From contig CAYGYG010000007.1 in assembly GCA_964354155.1 (NCBI GenBank), forward strand, positions 49,903 to 113,902: a stretch of DNA of 64,000 bases, read 5' to 3'. The DNA is from an uncultured bacterium (GTDB taxonomy: Bacteria; Hydrothermota; Tepidihabitantia; SM23-42; CAYGYG01). The notes under the pieces were generated by a model that did no database searches, was not told where the DNA came from, and was given only the letters and a program-made list of their open reading frames with translations. A program made the translations under genes and the position numbers. Below are positions 8,342 to 16,599 of this stretch, piece after piece (the first letter of the stretch is position 1; the number at the start of each line of letters is the position of its first letter).

Positions 8342-9370
8342 ATGAAACGATTGAATGCTTTGGTCATATGTCTCGTGCTCGGACTGGGCCTGCTGAGTGG
8401 AGCTTTTGCTGCCCAGCGAGTGGTTTTGTGTGAAATGCTTTATGGAGAAGGTTGAGGAAGTTGCCCTGCAGCTAGTAGTCTACTAGCAACCCTGGCGATA
8501 AGATATCCGGGTCGGATTGCCCAGACTGAACTGCATTGCGCGTCCGGCTATCCACTTTACCGAGCCGAAGCCTATAATCGGGCGATGTGGTACGGTGCTC
8601 AATACTACAGCGATACCTACATGGACGGCACGTATGCCGGCCATTCGGGCAATTCCGCCAACTGGGAAAACTTGCTGGTCGCTCGTATGAATAGGCCTTC
8701 GCCGATGACGGCGACGATGTGGGGTACGTATAATCCGACCACTCGAAATGGCAGGATCTACTCCAAGTTCCGGAATGATTCGACCGGAACCATAGCGGGG
8801 AATATCTACTTCCTTATCATTCGGGACAGTGTTCGTTATTCATCCCCCAACGGTGACCTTTGGCATAACTACGTCGCGCACGACTACCTGCCAAGTGAAG
8901 TAGGTACTCCGGTAACGGTCCTTCCGGGCGATACCGTAACCCAGTACCGTGATTTTTCGATACCCGATTCATTCAATGTCAGCAAGTGCATGATCTATGC
9001 CTGGGTACAAAGAACCACGGGGACCAGGGAGACCTATCAATCTGGCATCAAGAATGTGACGAGTCTTCTTGAGGTTGCCGAGCAGTCGAGTCGGGTTCCG
9101 GATTTGGCCAAGATCGAGCTTGTCCCGAATCCCTGCAACGGAGAAACCAGCTTCCTGCTTGAGCTACCGGCGGGCGCGCCTTATGCCATTAAGCTCTTCG
9201 ATATGTCAGGAAGACAAATAAGGGTAATGGCAGGTCAAGCAAAAGGCGGCAAGGCAAGAATAACCTGGAATTGCAGAGATGACCGGGGCCGGTCGGTTAA
9301 CCCGGGAGTCTATTTCTATGCCCTGAACAGCAGTAGAATCAACGCTTCGGGTAAGATCATTGTAAGATAG
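8342..9370 (+). CDS. Secreted hypothetical protein with T9SS C-terminal domain; single in-frame TGA at 8453-8455 (candidate selenocysteine, U-G-S-C context)
   Basis: An AAGGAGG ribosome-binding site precedes an ATG at 8342, and a signal peptide (MKRLNALVICLVLGLGLLSGAFAAQ) follows. The TGA and the downstream ORF 8585-9370 are in the same frame. The read-through peptide (GEG-U-GSCPAASSLLATL...) is continuous, and the downstream part has no signal peptide or start of its own. A T9SS C-terminal domain is present (ELVPNPCNGETSFLLELP...GVYFYAL). Confidence 0.5.
8471..8487 (+). promoter_or_regulatory. SECIS-like hairpin downstream of in-frame TGA (GCTAGTA-GTC-TACTAGC)
   Basis: It has a perfect 7-bp stem and a G-containing 3-nt loop. 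The loop lies 23-25 nt 3' of the TGA at 8453. Confidence 0.3.
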
Positions 9371-9381
9371 GCTACAAAGAA

Positions 9382-9414
9382 GCCCAAGGGTTGGAGGAAT
9401 ACCAACCCTTGGGC
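9382..9414 (+). terminator. Stem-loop after T9SS cargo gene (GCCCAAGGGTTGG-loop-CCAACCCTTGGGC)
   Basis: It has a 13-bp perfect stem and a 7-nt loop. There is no strong T-run, so it may be rho-dependent or merely structural. Confidence 0.4.
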
Positions 9415-9583
9415 TGACAACACCATTGGCGTAAAAGAAACACCGGGACTGCCCAGTTCGATTGTTGACACTGCATATAATCCGTATATGCTATCACCGT
9501 GAATGATTCGACGCATTGAATGCTGTAATCCTTCAACGCGCTGTGGTCTGAATTCGCCGTAATTCGCGACATTCGAACCGGAG

Positions 9584-10237
9584 ATGTCTCTCCACGGAGG
9601 CAATTTGGGCTTCGATGATATTAAAAATGCCATTGTTGGATTCGACGATGATCGGATTAGAACCCTCGTGAATTTGGCGCTGAAAGAAGGGATTGCGCCG
9701 GCGGAGCTTTTGGAGAAGGGGTTAATCCCGGGCATGAAGGAAGTCGGAGAGCGGTTTGCTCGAAAAGAGTACTTCGTGCCGGAAGTATTGATGGCGGCTG
9801 AAGCGTTCTATGCGGGGTTCGACCTGGTGAAGCCCTTGATTAAGAGCACTGACCGGAAAGCAAGAGGCAAGATTGTGATCGGGGTTGTTGAGGGTGATAT
9901 CCACGATATCGGAAAGAATATCGTCAAGGTAATGCTAGAGGCTTCTGGGTACGAAGTGGTGGACCTGGGCAAGGACGTTCCGATCGCGAGGTTCATCGAG
10001 ACGGCCGCAAAGGAAAAACCGCAGGTTCTGGCCCTGTCCAGCCTTATGACAACGACAATGGTCAGAATGGGCGATGTGATTCAGGGGCTGCAAAAGAAGG
10101 GGTTACGTAAGGGCATCAAGATCATTGTCGGGGGCGCGCCAGTCAACCAGGATTTTGCCGACAAGATCGGGGCTGATGCTTATGGTGAGGATGCGGCCGC
10201 AGCAATGAAGGTGGTGGACAGCCTTCTGCAACCGTAG
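9584..10237 (+). CDS. Corrinoid (cobalamin-binding) protein of a methyltransferase system (MtmC/MtbC/MtaC-like)
   Basis: It has an N-terminal B12-binding cap followed by a Rossmann B12-binding domain. The DxHxxG motif is present (VEGDIHDIGKN), as is an SxL motif (ALSSLMTT). Confidence 0.8.
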   Translation: MSLHGGNLGFDDIKNAIVGFDDDRIRTLVNLALKEGIAPAELLEKGLIPGMKEVGERFARKEYFVPEVLMAAEAFYAGFDLVKPLIKSTDRKARGKIVIGVVEGDIHDIGKNIVKVMLEASGYEVVDLGKDVPIARFIETAAKEKPQVLALSSLMTTTMVRMGDVIQGLQKKGLRKGIKIIVGGAPVNQDFADKIGADAYGEDAAAAMKVVDSLLQP

Positions 10238-10302
10238 CGAGGGTTGTCGTTGGGGATAAACCCCAACGCTACAGTCTCGTAGCGCCGGGGCTCGTCCCCG
10301 GC
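10234..10302. repeat. REP-like intergenic palindromic element (GTAGCG...[GTTGGGGATAAACCCCAAC]GCTACAG...GTAGCG[CCGGGGCTCGTCCCCGG])
   Basis: Two hairpin modules are bracketed by GTAGCG/CGCTAC arms. The element overlaps the TAG stop codon of the corrinoid-protein gene. A second copy lies at 24119-24177. Confidence 0.6.
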
Positions 10303-10322
10303 AATTATGCATATGTTGATTT

Positions 10323-11246
10323 ATGAATAAAATTGAAGACGTTCTTAATAACAAAAAGGGATTCGCGGTCTTCCCGATTGTTTGTGCCGATCACTGTGCT
10401 CATTTGTCTAAAATGGATTTTGTTGAGATGGCGCACAGTGGCGAGAAGCTGGCGGAAGTCATAGAATATGGCTATCGCCTCTATCAGTACGACATGGTTT
10501 TGGTCTTTGTCGATGCCTATGTTGAGGCGCAGGCGATGGGCTGTGAGATAGAGTTTGTTCCGTATCCGAGACTTAAATCAGATACACACGGATTGAAGCG
10601 GATGCAAACGGATACGAACCGAACCGGTGAGATTATAAAGGCGGCAAAGATCCTTAAGAAGAAAGTTGATGTTCCAGTATTTGTTTCGATCAAGGGGCCC
10701 TTCACGCTTGCTGCCTTCCTAGCGGGCCTCGATGAATTTTTGAAGATGCTTATTCGAGATCCGGAGAAGGCCCAGGCGATCATCAAACAGGCGCTCGATT
10801 TCCAACTCGCGTACCTGGAGCGACTGCTTGAAGTCGATGCCGACATCTTCATCGGCGACCCGATCGCTTCGGCCAGCGTTATTTCTCCGAGGAGTTTTGA
10901 ACGGTTCGCGTTACCGGCGCTGAAAACCTTAATGGGGAAAATCAAAGACCAAGGACATGTGGGCGGCATTCACATCTGCGGCGAGACCGGACCGATCGCG
11001 ACGGCGCTTGATGAATGCCGCGTCGACATTCTCTCGATCGAAGACATAACGGTGCCGACCAAAACCTTGAAGATGGGCGGCGTGTCAACATCAACCATAC
11101 TTGGCGGCGACCGGTCGGCGATCGAGAGTGAAGTCGAGGCCGCGTTACGCGAGCCATATCTTATTGTCTCAACTTCATGCGATGTCCCGGTTGAGACGCC
11201 GGTGGAAAACATCAAGGCAATGATTGAATATGCCAGAAACTCGTAG
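10323..11246 (+). CDS. Uroporphyrinogen-decarboxylase (URO-D) family corrinoid methyltransferase (MtaA/CmuA-like)
   Basis: It has a URO-D-like TIM-barrel sequence with conserved blocks (DAYVEAQAMGCEIEF; IGDPIASASVISP; HICGETG). Confidence 0.75.
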   Translation: MNKIEDVLNNKKGFAVFPIVCADHCAHLSKMDFVEMAHSGEKLAEVIEYGYRLYQYDMVLVFVDAYVEAQAMGCEIEFVPYPRLKSDTHGLKRMQTDTNRTGEIIKAAKILKKKVDVPVFVSIKGPFTLAAFLAGLDEFLKMLIRDPEKAQAIIKQALDFQLAYLERLLEVDADIFIGDPIASASVISPRSFERFALPALKTLMGKIKDQGHVGGIHICGETGPIATALDECRVDILSIEDITVPTKTLKMGGVSTSTILGGDRSAIESEVEAALREPYLIVSTSCDVPVETPVENIKAMIEYARNS

Positions 11247-11318
11247 CCGTTCTATTCGTCGAGCCAGGTGCTGGCCTGGACATCCCGGTATTTTCATGAG
11301 TCGTAATGTGATGATTCT

Positions 11319-12686
11319 ATGATCTTGCTCGACCTGCTAATCAAGCGACGCAGCCTGATCCCGGCCGGATGCAGCGGCCGGGGTCGGTGCGGGCAGTGCC
11401 GGATAAAAATGGTTAAACCCCGGAAACCGGATGAGATTGAGCGCCAGCTCATCCCGTCCGCGGTTCTTGACCAGGGCTATCGTCTTGCCTGCAGAAGAGA
11501 AGCCCACGAGAAATTCGTGCCCCGAGTGCGGACCACGCCCCGGATCCGAACCAGCAAGAGCAAAGAAATCGGACTGGCCCTTGATCTGGGCACGACAACG
11601 ATCAAAGGGCTGGCGGTTGATCTTAGGAGCGGCCGGACCATTGGGAAGGAAGCGGTCTTCAATCCTCAGAACGTCTTGGGGGCTGATGTCATCTCCCGAA
11701 TCGGCGCCGCGCTTGAAGGGAAATACACCTATCTCAGAAAACTGCTGATGTCGGGAGTCGAGGAAGTCATCCGGCGGTTGGGGATCAAGCAGCCGGTCTT
11801 TACTGCGGTCGCGGCCAACCCGGTGATGCGGTCCTTCTATCTCAATGATGCAGTCCAGGGACTCGCCCAGTACCCCTTTGAGAGTGTCCGTCGCGAAGCC
11901 GTCTGGCTTAAGAACCCCACCCGGTACGTCTTCCCGGTTATCGGCGGATTCGTCGGCGGGGACACAATTGCGGGGTTGCTTGCCGACCGTACACTGGAGA
12001 CGCGCTGTACCGTTCTCTACGCCGATCTGGGCACGAACGGTGAAGTTGGGCTGGCCTGGGGCGGCAAGATCGTTCTGGTTTCAACCGCCGCCGGTCCGGC
12101 ATTCGAGGGGTCGGGCATCAAGGGCGGCAGTCTGGCGCTACCGGGGGCAATCGACCGCGTTGGCTATCAGGGTGGTTTCAGGATTCGGACGATCGGGAAC
12201 AGAAAACCGGTTGGCTTCTGCGCCTCGGGACTGCTTGACTTGCTGGCTGTTCTGCGGCGCCGTGGGTGGCTGACTCCGGACGGTCGGCTGATGAAGCCGG
12301 TGGAGATCGGCGGCATCGCGATTGAGCAACAAGCGATTCGGCAGCTCCAACTGGCCATCGGCGCCATCCACGTCGGCATCATGGTGCTGCTTCTCAAATA
12401 CTCGATAGCCCCGGCCGAAGTCAGCCGGGTTATCCTGACCGGTGAATTCGGCGCCCATCTCAATCCCCGATCCCTGGTCGAGGTGGGCCTGATACCAACA
12501 GGCATCAAGAAAATCTCTATGGCCAGCGACCTACCGCTGCAAGGCGCCCTGAAATTCTTGCTTGACGCCAACGGCCTGGACGCGGTGAAATTGGTTCATC
12601 GGAACGCCCATCATCTGGAACTGGCACAGGAACCGGCCTTCGAACGGCTTTTTATTAAATCGCTCAGGTTGGCGCCATGGGATTGA
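11319..12686 (+). CDS. RACo-type reductive activator of corrinoid enzymes (N-terminal [2Fe-2S] ferredoxin + ASKHA ATPase, DUF4445)
   Basis: A plant-type ferredoxin cysteine pattern (CSGRGRCGQC...AC) is followed by ASKHA phosphate-binding motifs (LALDLGTTTIKG; ADLGTNGEV). Confidence 0.75.
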   Translation: MILLDLLIKRRSLIPAGCSGRGRCGQCRIKMVKPRKPDEIERQLIPSAVLDQGYRLACRREAHEKFVPRVRTTPRIRTSKSKEIGLALDLGTTTIKGLAVDLRSGRTIGKEAVFNPQNVLGADVISRIGAALEGKYTYLRKLLMSGVEEVIRRLGIKQPVFTAVAANPVMRSFYLNDAVQGLAQYPFESVRREAVWLKNPTRYVFPVIGGFVGGDTIAGLLADRTLETRCTVLYADLGTNGEVGLAWGGKIVLVSTAAGPAFEGSGIKGGSLALPGAIDRVGYQGGFRIRTIGNRKPVGFCASGLLDLLAVLRRRGWLTPDGRLMKPVEIGGIAIEQQAIRQLQLAIGAIHVGIMVLLLKYSIAPAEVSRVILTGEFGAHLNPRSLVEVGLIPTGIKKISMASDLPLQGALKFLLDANGLDAVKLVHRNAHHLELAQEPAFERLFIKSLRLAPWD

Positions 12687-13921
12687 TCCCGTTAGAAATC
12701 GGCGACTCTATGTTGGGTCACTCATCATCTGATGCTGATGCGAGAGACCGGGGCAGATTTCTAACGGGGCTGACCCCATTAGAGACTAAGCATACAGAGC
12801 GTTGTGCGCCTGATGGTAAGGGCTGTCCTGAAAAGGGCGGCAAGTCTCTAACGAGACTGACCCCATTAGAGACTAACGAGTCGGAAGGTTGTCCCCGTGA
12901 GGCGGGTGCCTGTCCTGCTAACCCCAGCAAGTCTCTAACGGGGCTTATCGGCTACACGTGTTCGTACACGCCGGTCGAAATACTGTCGGCAACCGGCTTC
13001 AGGCCCTATCGGTTGCTGCACGGAGATAGCGGGCGGTCAAGCGCGGGCGAACTGTATGTGCGGATTGACTCCTGTCCGTTGGTTAGATCGAACATCCGGT
13101 ATCTTGTCGAAAACAAGGATGACTTTGTGGCAATTGTCGGTTCCAGCGGATGCGATATGGCGCGGCGGATGCTCGAAGTCGTCGCGTACGAGACGAAGAT
13201 GCCGACCTTTCTGTTCAATAATCCGAGGACCGATAACCGGCGGATGTTCAACGACGAGATTGACTGGCTGGTTCAGGAACTGGAACGTTTTTCAGGCCGG
13301 GACTTGTCGGACCAGGCGTTGGCGCGAGAAATCGACCGCTGGGAAAGCGCCCGCTCGGTTTTTCGAGGACTTGACGCAAAGCGCCGTAGTCGCCCTTCGA
13401 TGATTTCAACAACGCGGCTGCACCAGGCGGCGATGAGCTATCATCAGGGTGCACCGAATGCGGCGCGGGAAGTCCCGGAAGAGGCTTCGGATCGACCCAG
13501 GATCTACCTGATCGGCAGCCCGATATCCTATGAATCGACCCCGATATTGTCGCGGATCGAGGAACAACTGCGCATTGTCGGTGATTTCAACTGCGGCATC
13601 TCGCGGTTTGCGGACCTGAAGGTTGAAGAGAAGAGCCGGCGCGGTATCAAGCAGGCCTATTATGGCCAGACGGCGTGCATCGTCAAACGGCCGAACACTG
13701 CGTTCTACGACCGAATCTACCGAGAGATCAAGGATCGCGAGTGCGTCGGTGTTGTTGCCTGGACATTAGACTTCTGCGATGCGTTTGAATTCGAGCTCAA
13801 TCGAATGGAACGCAAGATCGGGTTACCGATGTTGCGACTGAAGAGCGATTTCTCGGTCCAGAACCTAGGCCAGTTGAAAACCAGGATCGGGGCCTTTACC
13901 GAGATGCTGGATCACGAATAG
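12677..13921 (+). CDS. 2-hydroxyacyl-CoA dehydratase / benzoyl-CoA reductase BcrB-like subunit (HgdB-like); start uncertain
   Basis: The conserved core starts near 12940 (LIGYTCSYTPVEILSATGF...SCPLVRS...SSGCD) with the cysteine ligands of the HGD-D family. The first ~85 codons of the ORF are a tandem hairpin repeat and may not be coding. Confidence 0.65.
   Translation: MGLIPLEIGDSMLGHSSSDADARDRGRFLTGLTPLETKHTERCAPDGKGCPEKGGKSLTRLTPLETNESEGCPREAGACPANPSKSLTGLIGYTCSYTPVEILSATGFRPYRLLHGDSGRSSAGELYVRIDSCPLVRSNIRYLVENKDDFVAIVGSSGCDMARRMLEVVAYETKMPTFLFNNPRTDNRRMFNDEIDWLVQELERFSGRDLSDQALAREIDRWESARSVFRGLDAKRRSRPSMISTTRLHQAAMSYHQGAPNAAREVPEEASDRPRIYLIGSPISYESTPILSRIEEQLRIVGDFNCGISRFADLKVEEKSRRGIKQAYYGQTACIVKRPNTAFYDRIYREIKDRECVGVVAWTLDFCDAFEFELNRMERKIGLPMLRLKSDFSVQNLGQLKTRIGAFTEMLDHE
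12688..12945. repeat. Tandem structured repeat (about 87-bp period, about 2.2 copies), each unit a nested hairpin (GTCTCTAA-CGRGRCTGACCCCA-TTAGAGAC), preceded by an inverted arm CCCGTTAGAAATC
   Basis: Direct repeat units lie at 12756-12787, 12844-12877 and 12931-12945. The arm at 12688-12700 is the reverse complement of the GATTTCTAACGGG at the start of the first unit. Confidence 0.6.
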
Positions 13922-13951
13922 CGCGAATGGCAGCGAATAGCAGGATGATCC

Positions 13952-15283
13952 ATGTTTGACGATCCCAGACCCAGAAAGATTACGCTCCATGAATGGAGCG
14001 AGCAGTTTCGGCAGCTCGACGAGAGCATCATCAGGCAATTCACCTATTACGGCAATCCGCAATGGGGCAACTACCTTTCACCGCCGGCAACATTCATGGT
14101 TTATGGGGCGAAGGAGCTGAAGCGACTGCGACTGGATAACTCGCTGGCTGCGCTTCGCCTCTGGGGCTTCGTTTTCAACGAATCCGAGAGATTGTTTCGG
14201 GCTCGCCAGGTCGGCAAGAAGGTTATCGCGACGATGGGCGATTTGGGCATCGTGCCGGCCATCGTCATGGCCTTCCCGGATTGTGTGCCTTTCTATCCGG
14301 AGTGTATCTGGTGGACGCCCTTTTTTAGGGAATCCAAAGACCTGCTCCATACCGCGACCATGCTGGGCACCCCTGAAGCCAGCTGTTTTGTCCGTGCCGC
14401 CCTTGCGGCATTCTACAAGAAGGCCTATTTCCCCAATCCGGACTTGCTGATCGGCTCAACCGGCGCTTCGTGCGATGACTATTCCGGCGTGATGCAGCTG
14501 GTCGAAGATCTGGGCCATGAGGTGCTGTGGGTCGAAATACCGATGAGGAAAGGCGCTCGAGCCGAAGAATATCTGCTAGCTGAGTACGAGCGAATCTTAG
14601 GGAGAATGAAACAGTTGACCGGGGTTGCGTCGGATCGTGGATTGATCGAGAGCATCCAGAAAGCCAACCGATTGAGAGGGACGGTCAAGAAGTTGAAACA
14701 GCTCTGCTACAACGCCCCGATTGCGCCTCTGCCTGCGCTGGAATTGATGACGATTGAGTTTGGGAATATGTACGGCTACGGCGATTTCGATGAATGGACA
14801 AGAATCGTGGAAGCGGTGTACGAGACGGTCGAACAGCGGGTCGCCCTGAAACGCGGCGTGCTTAATGCGGACGCGGTGCCGATTGCCTGGGTGAGCCCAT
14901 CGCCGGATCCGTACGTGCTCAATCTGGTTGAAGACCTCGGCGGCCGGGTTGTCGCGACCGAATACGTGATCAACCAGGCTCTCGTCGAGATCGACGAGAG
15001 TATCGAGCCGGTGCGGGCGCTGGCCCGGGCTTTTCTGCAGGCTTCGCTCATTGGCTCGACCGAGGAGAGGGTTGGCAGAATCCGAAAGCAGATTGAGGCC
15101 GGCACGGTGCGCGGGGTTCTGATCACCAACTCAATGGGTGCGTCCCACTGTGCGATGGAGACGCGGCTGATCGAGAAGATGCTGGGTAAGGTTCCGGTGC
15201 TTTCGATCGACATCCCGGAGCCGTTCGGCATCTCCGGGCAGGTTCGAACCCGGCTTGAGGCCTTTATGGAAATGATTGGATAA
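13952..15283 (+). CDS. 2-hydroxyacyl-CoA dehydratase / BcrC-like subunit (HgdA-like)
   Basis: It shows HGD-D family conservation (FPDCVPFYPECIWW; GASCDDYSG) and directly follows its partner subunit. Confidence 0.65.
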   Translation: MFDDPRPRKITLHEWSEQFRQLDESIIRQFTYYGNPQWGNYLSPPATFMVYGAKELKRLRLDNSLAALRLWGFVFNESERLFRARQVGKKVIATMGDLGIVPAIVMAFPDCVPFYPECIWWTPFFRESKDLLHTATMLGTPEASCFVRAALAAFYKKAYFPNPDLLIGSTGASCDDYSGVMQLVEDLGHEVLWVEIPMRKGARAEEYLLAEYERILGRMKQLTGVASDRGLIESIQKANRLRGTVKKLKQLCYNAPIAPLPALELMTIEFGNMYGYGDFDEWTRIVEAVYETVEQRVALKRGVLNADAVPIAWVSPSPDPYVLNLVEDLGGRVVATEYVINQALVEIDESIEPVRALARAFLQASLIGSTEERVGRIRKQIEAGTVRGVLITNSMGASHCAMETRLIEKMLGKVPVLSIDIPEPFGISGQVRTRLEAFMEMIG

Positions 15284-15474
15284 GCGAATGACTCAAATGA
15301 CAGCGAATGACTCGAACAGCGAACCTACGACACGTTTTGTCATTGCGAGTCCCTGTGGGACGTGGCAATCTCATTCTCATGCAGAATCGTGTACTGTAAC
15401 GGTTGGATTCATCCGATGTGATGCAGCATCATTCGCCAAGGTCGCTGGAATCCGTCATATTCGCGAGTGATGGC

Positions 15475-16500
15475 ATGAAGGATATTTTAACTCCCCGAGA
15501 ACGATTCGGTCTGCTCATCATTGACGAGAAGCCGGATCGATGCAATGTCATCCCGCTGATCACGTCACATGCGGCCATTGTCGCCGGAGTATCGGTTAAG
15601 AAGTACTACACGCAGGGCGAAGTAATGGCCCGGGCGCAGCTTGCGGCCATCGAAGAGTACGGCCATGATGCGATTTCGATCTTCTCGGAGGTCGGCATCC
15701 TGGCCGAGGCCATGGGCTCGAAGTTCGAATACCCGGAAGATGACCTGCCGATCTTCAGGGAGCCGGCCTTAGGCAAAGCCGGGCCTGAAACGCTGTCAAC
15801 ACCCAATCCGACCCAAACCGGGCGCTTGCCCGTCTATCTTGAAGCGATCCGCTGTGCTTACGATGCAGTCGGGGATACTATCCCGGTGCTTGCTTACGTG
15901 CCGGCGCCGTTCACGACCGGAATGATGCTCTGTCAGCCGGAGCAGTTCCTGATTGACCTGGCGCGGAATCCGGCACGGGTTGATGCCATTATGCAAAAAG
16001 CATTGGATGCTGCGATCGAGTTCTGCTACGAAATAATCAATGCTGGAGGCCTGCCGGTCCTGGTCGATCCACTGGCCTCAGGGAGTGTCATCAGCCCGGC
16101 AACCTATCGGAAATTCGCTCTGCCGTACGAAGCCGAACTGATAAAATTTCTTCACCGGTACGATCTCGACATTATTCTCCATATCTGCGGTGATACGAGG
16201 CCGATCGTTGATATATTGCCCGAGACCGGGGCCGACCTGATGAGCTTCGATCATCTGGGAATCGACGTGGCCCTGGAGCGGTTGTCAGGCCGGATGCGTT
16301 TGATAGGTAATTTCGACACGTCCCGTCTGGTCCTGTCTTCAGCTGATGTAATCGGCCGGGAAGTGGGCGCAATGGTCGCGGGCGCGAAGGAGGCTGGGAG
16401 AGGTTACGTCGCATCCACTGGCTGCGAGGTGCCTTTATGCGCGCCGCGCGACAATGTTTTGGCCTTTGTCAAAGCCGCCAAAGAAGCCGGAGCCTATTGA
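15475..16500 (+). CDS. URO-D family corrinoid methyltransferase (second MtaA/CmuA-like paralog)
   Basis: It contains URO-D-like blocks (LTPRERF; VDPLASGSVISP; HICGDT). The ATG at 15475 (MKDILTPRERF) fits the family N-terminus better than the upstream ATG at 15403. Confidence 0.7.
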   Translation: MKDILTPRERFGLLIIDEKPDRCNVIPLITSHAAIVAGVSVKKYYTQGEVMARAQLAAIEEYGHDAISIFSEVGILAEAMGSKFEYPEDDLPIFREPALGKAGPETLSTPNPTQTGRLPVYLEAIRCAYDAVGDTIPVLAYVPAPFTTGMMLCQPEQFLIDLARNPARVDAIMQKALDAAIEFCYEIINAGGLPVLVDPLASGSVISPATYRKFALPYEAELIKFLHRYDLDIILHICGDTRPIVDILPETGADLMSFDHLGIDVALERLSGRMRLIGNFDTSRLVLSSADVIGREVGAMVAGAKEAGRGYVASTGCEVPLCAPRDNVLAFVKAAKEAGAY

Positions 16501-16559
16501 CGACCCGGTGACAACGCATCGGGGCGGTCCGCAATCCGGCATTCCGACATTATCAGCGG

Positions 16560-16588
16560 TTGACTTGTCAGTCCCGATTGGTATACTT
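16560..16588 (+). promoter_or_regulatory. Sigma70-like promoter (TTGACT-17-TATACT) with extended box TTGACTTGTCA
   Basis: The -35 element is at 16560-16565 and the -10 element at 16583-16588. The ATG at 16600 is only 11 nt downstream, so the leader is very short or absent. Confidence 0.5.
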
Positions 16589-16599
16589 CCTGCCGTACT

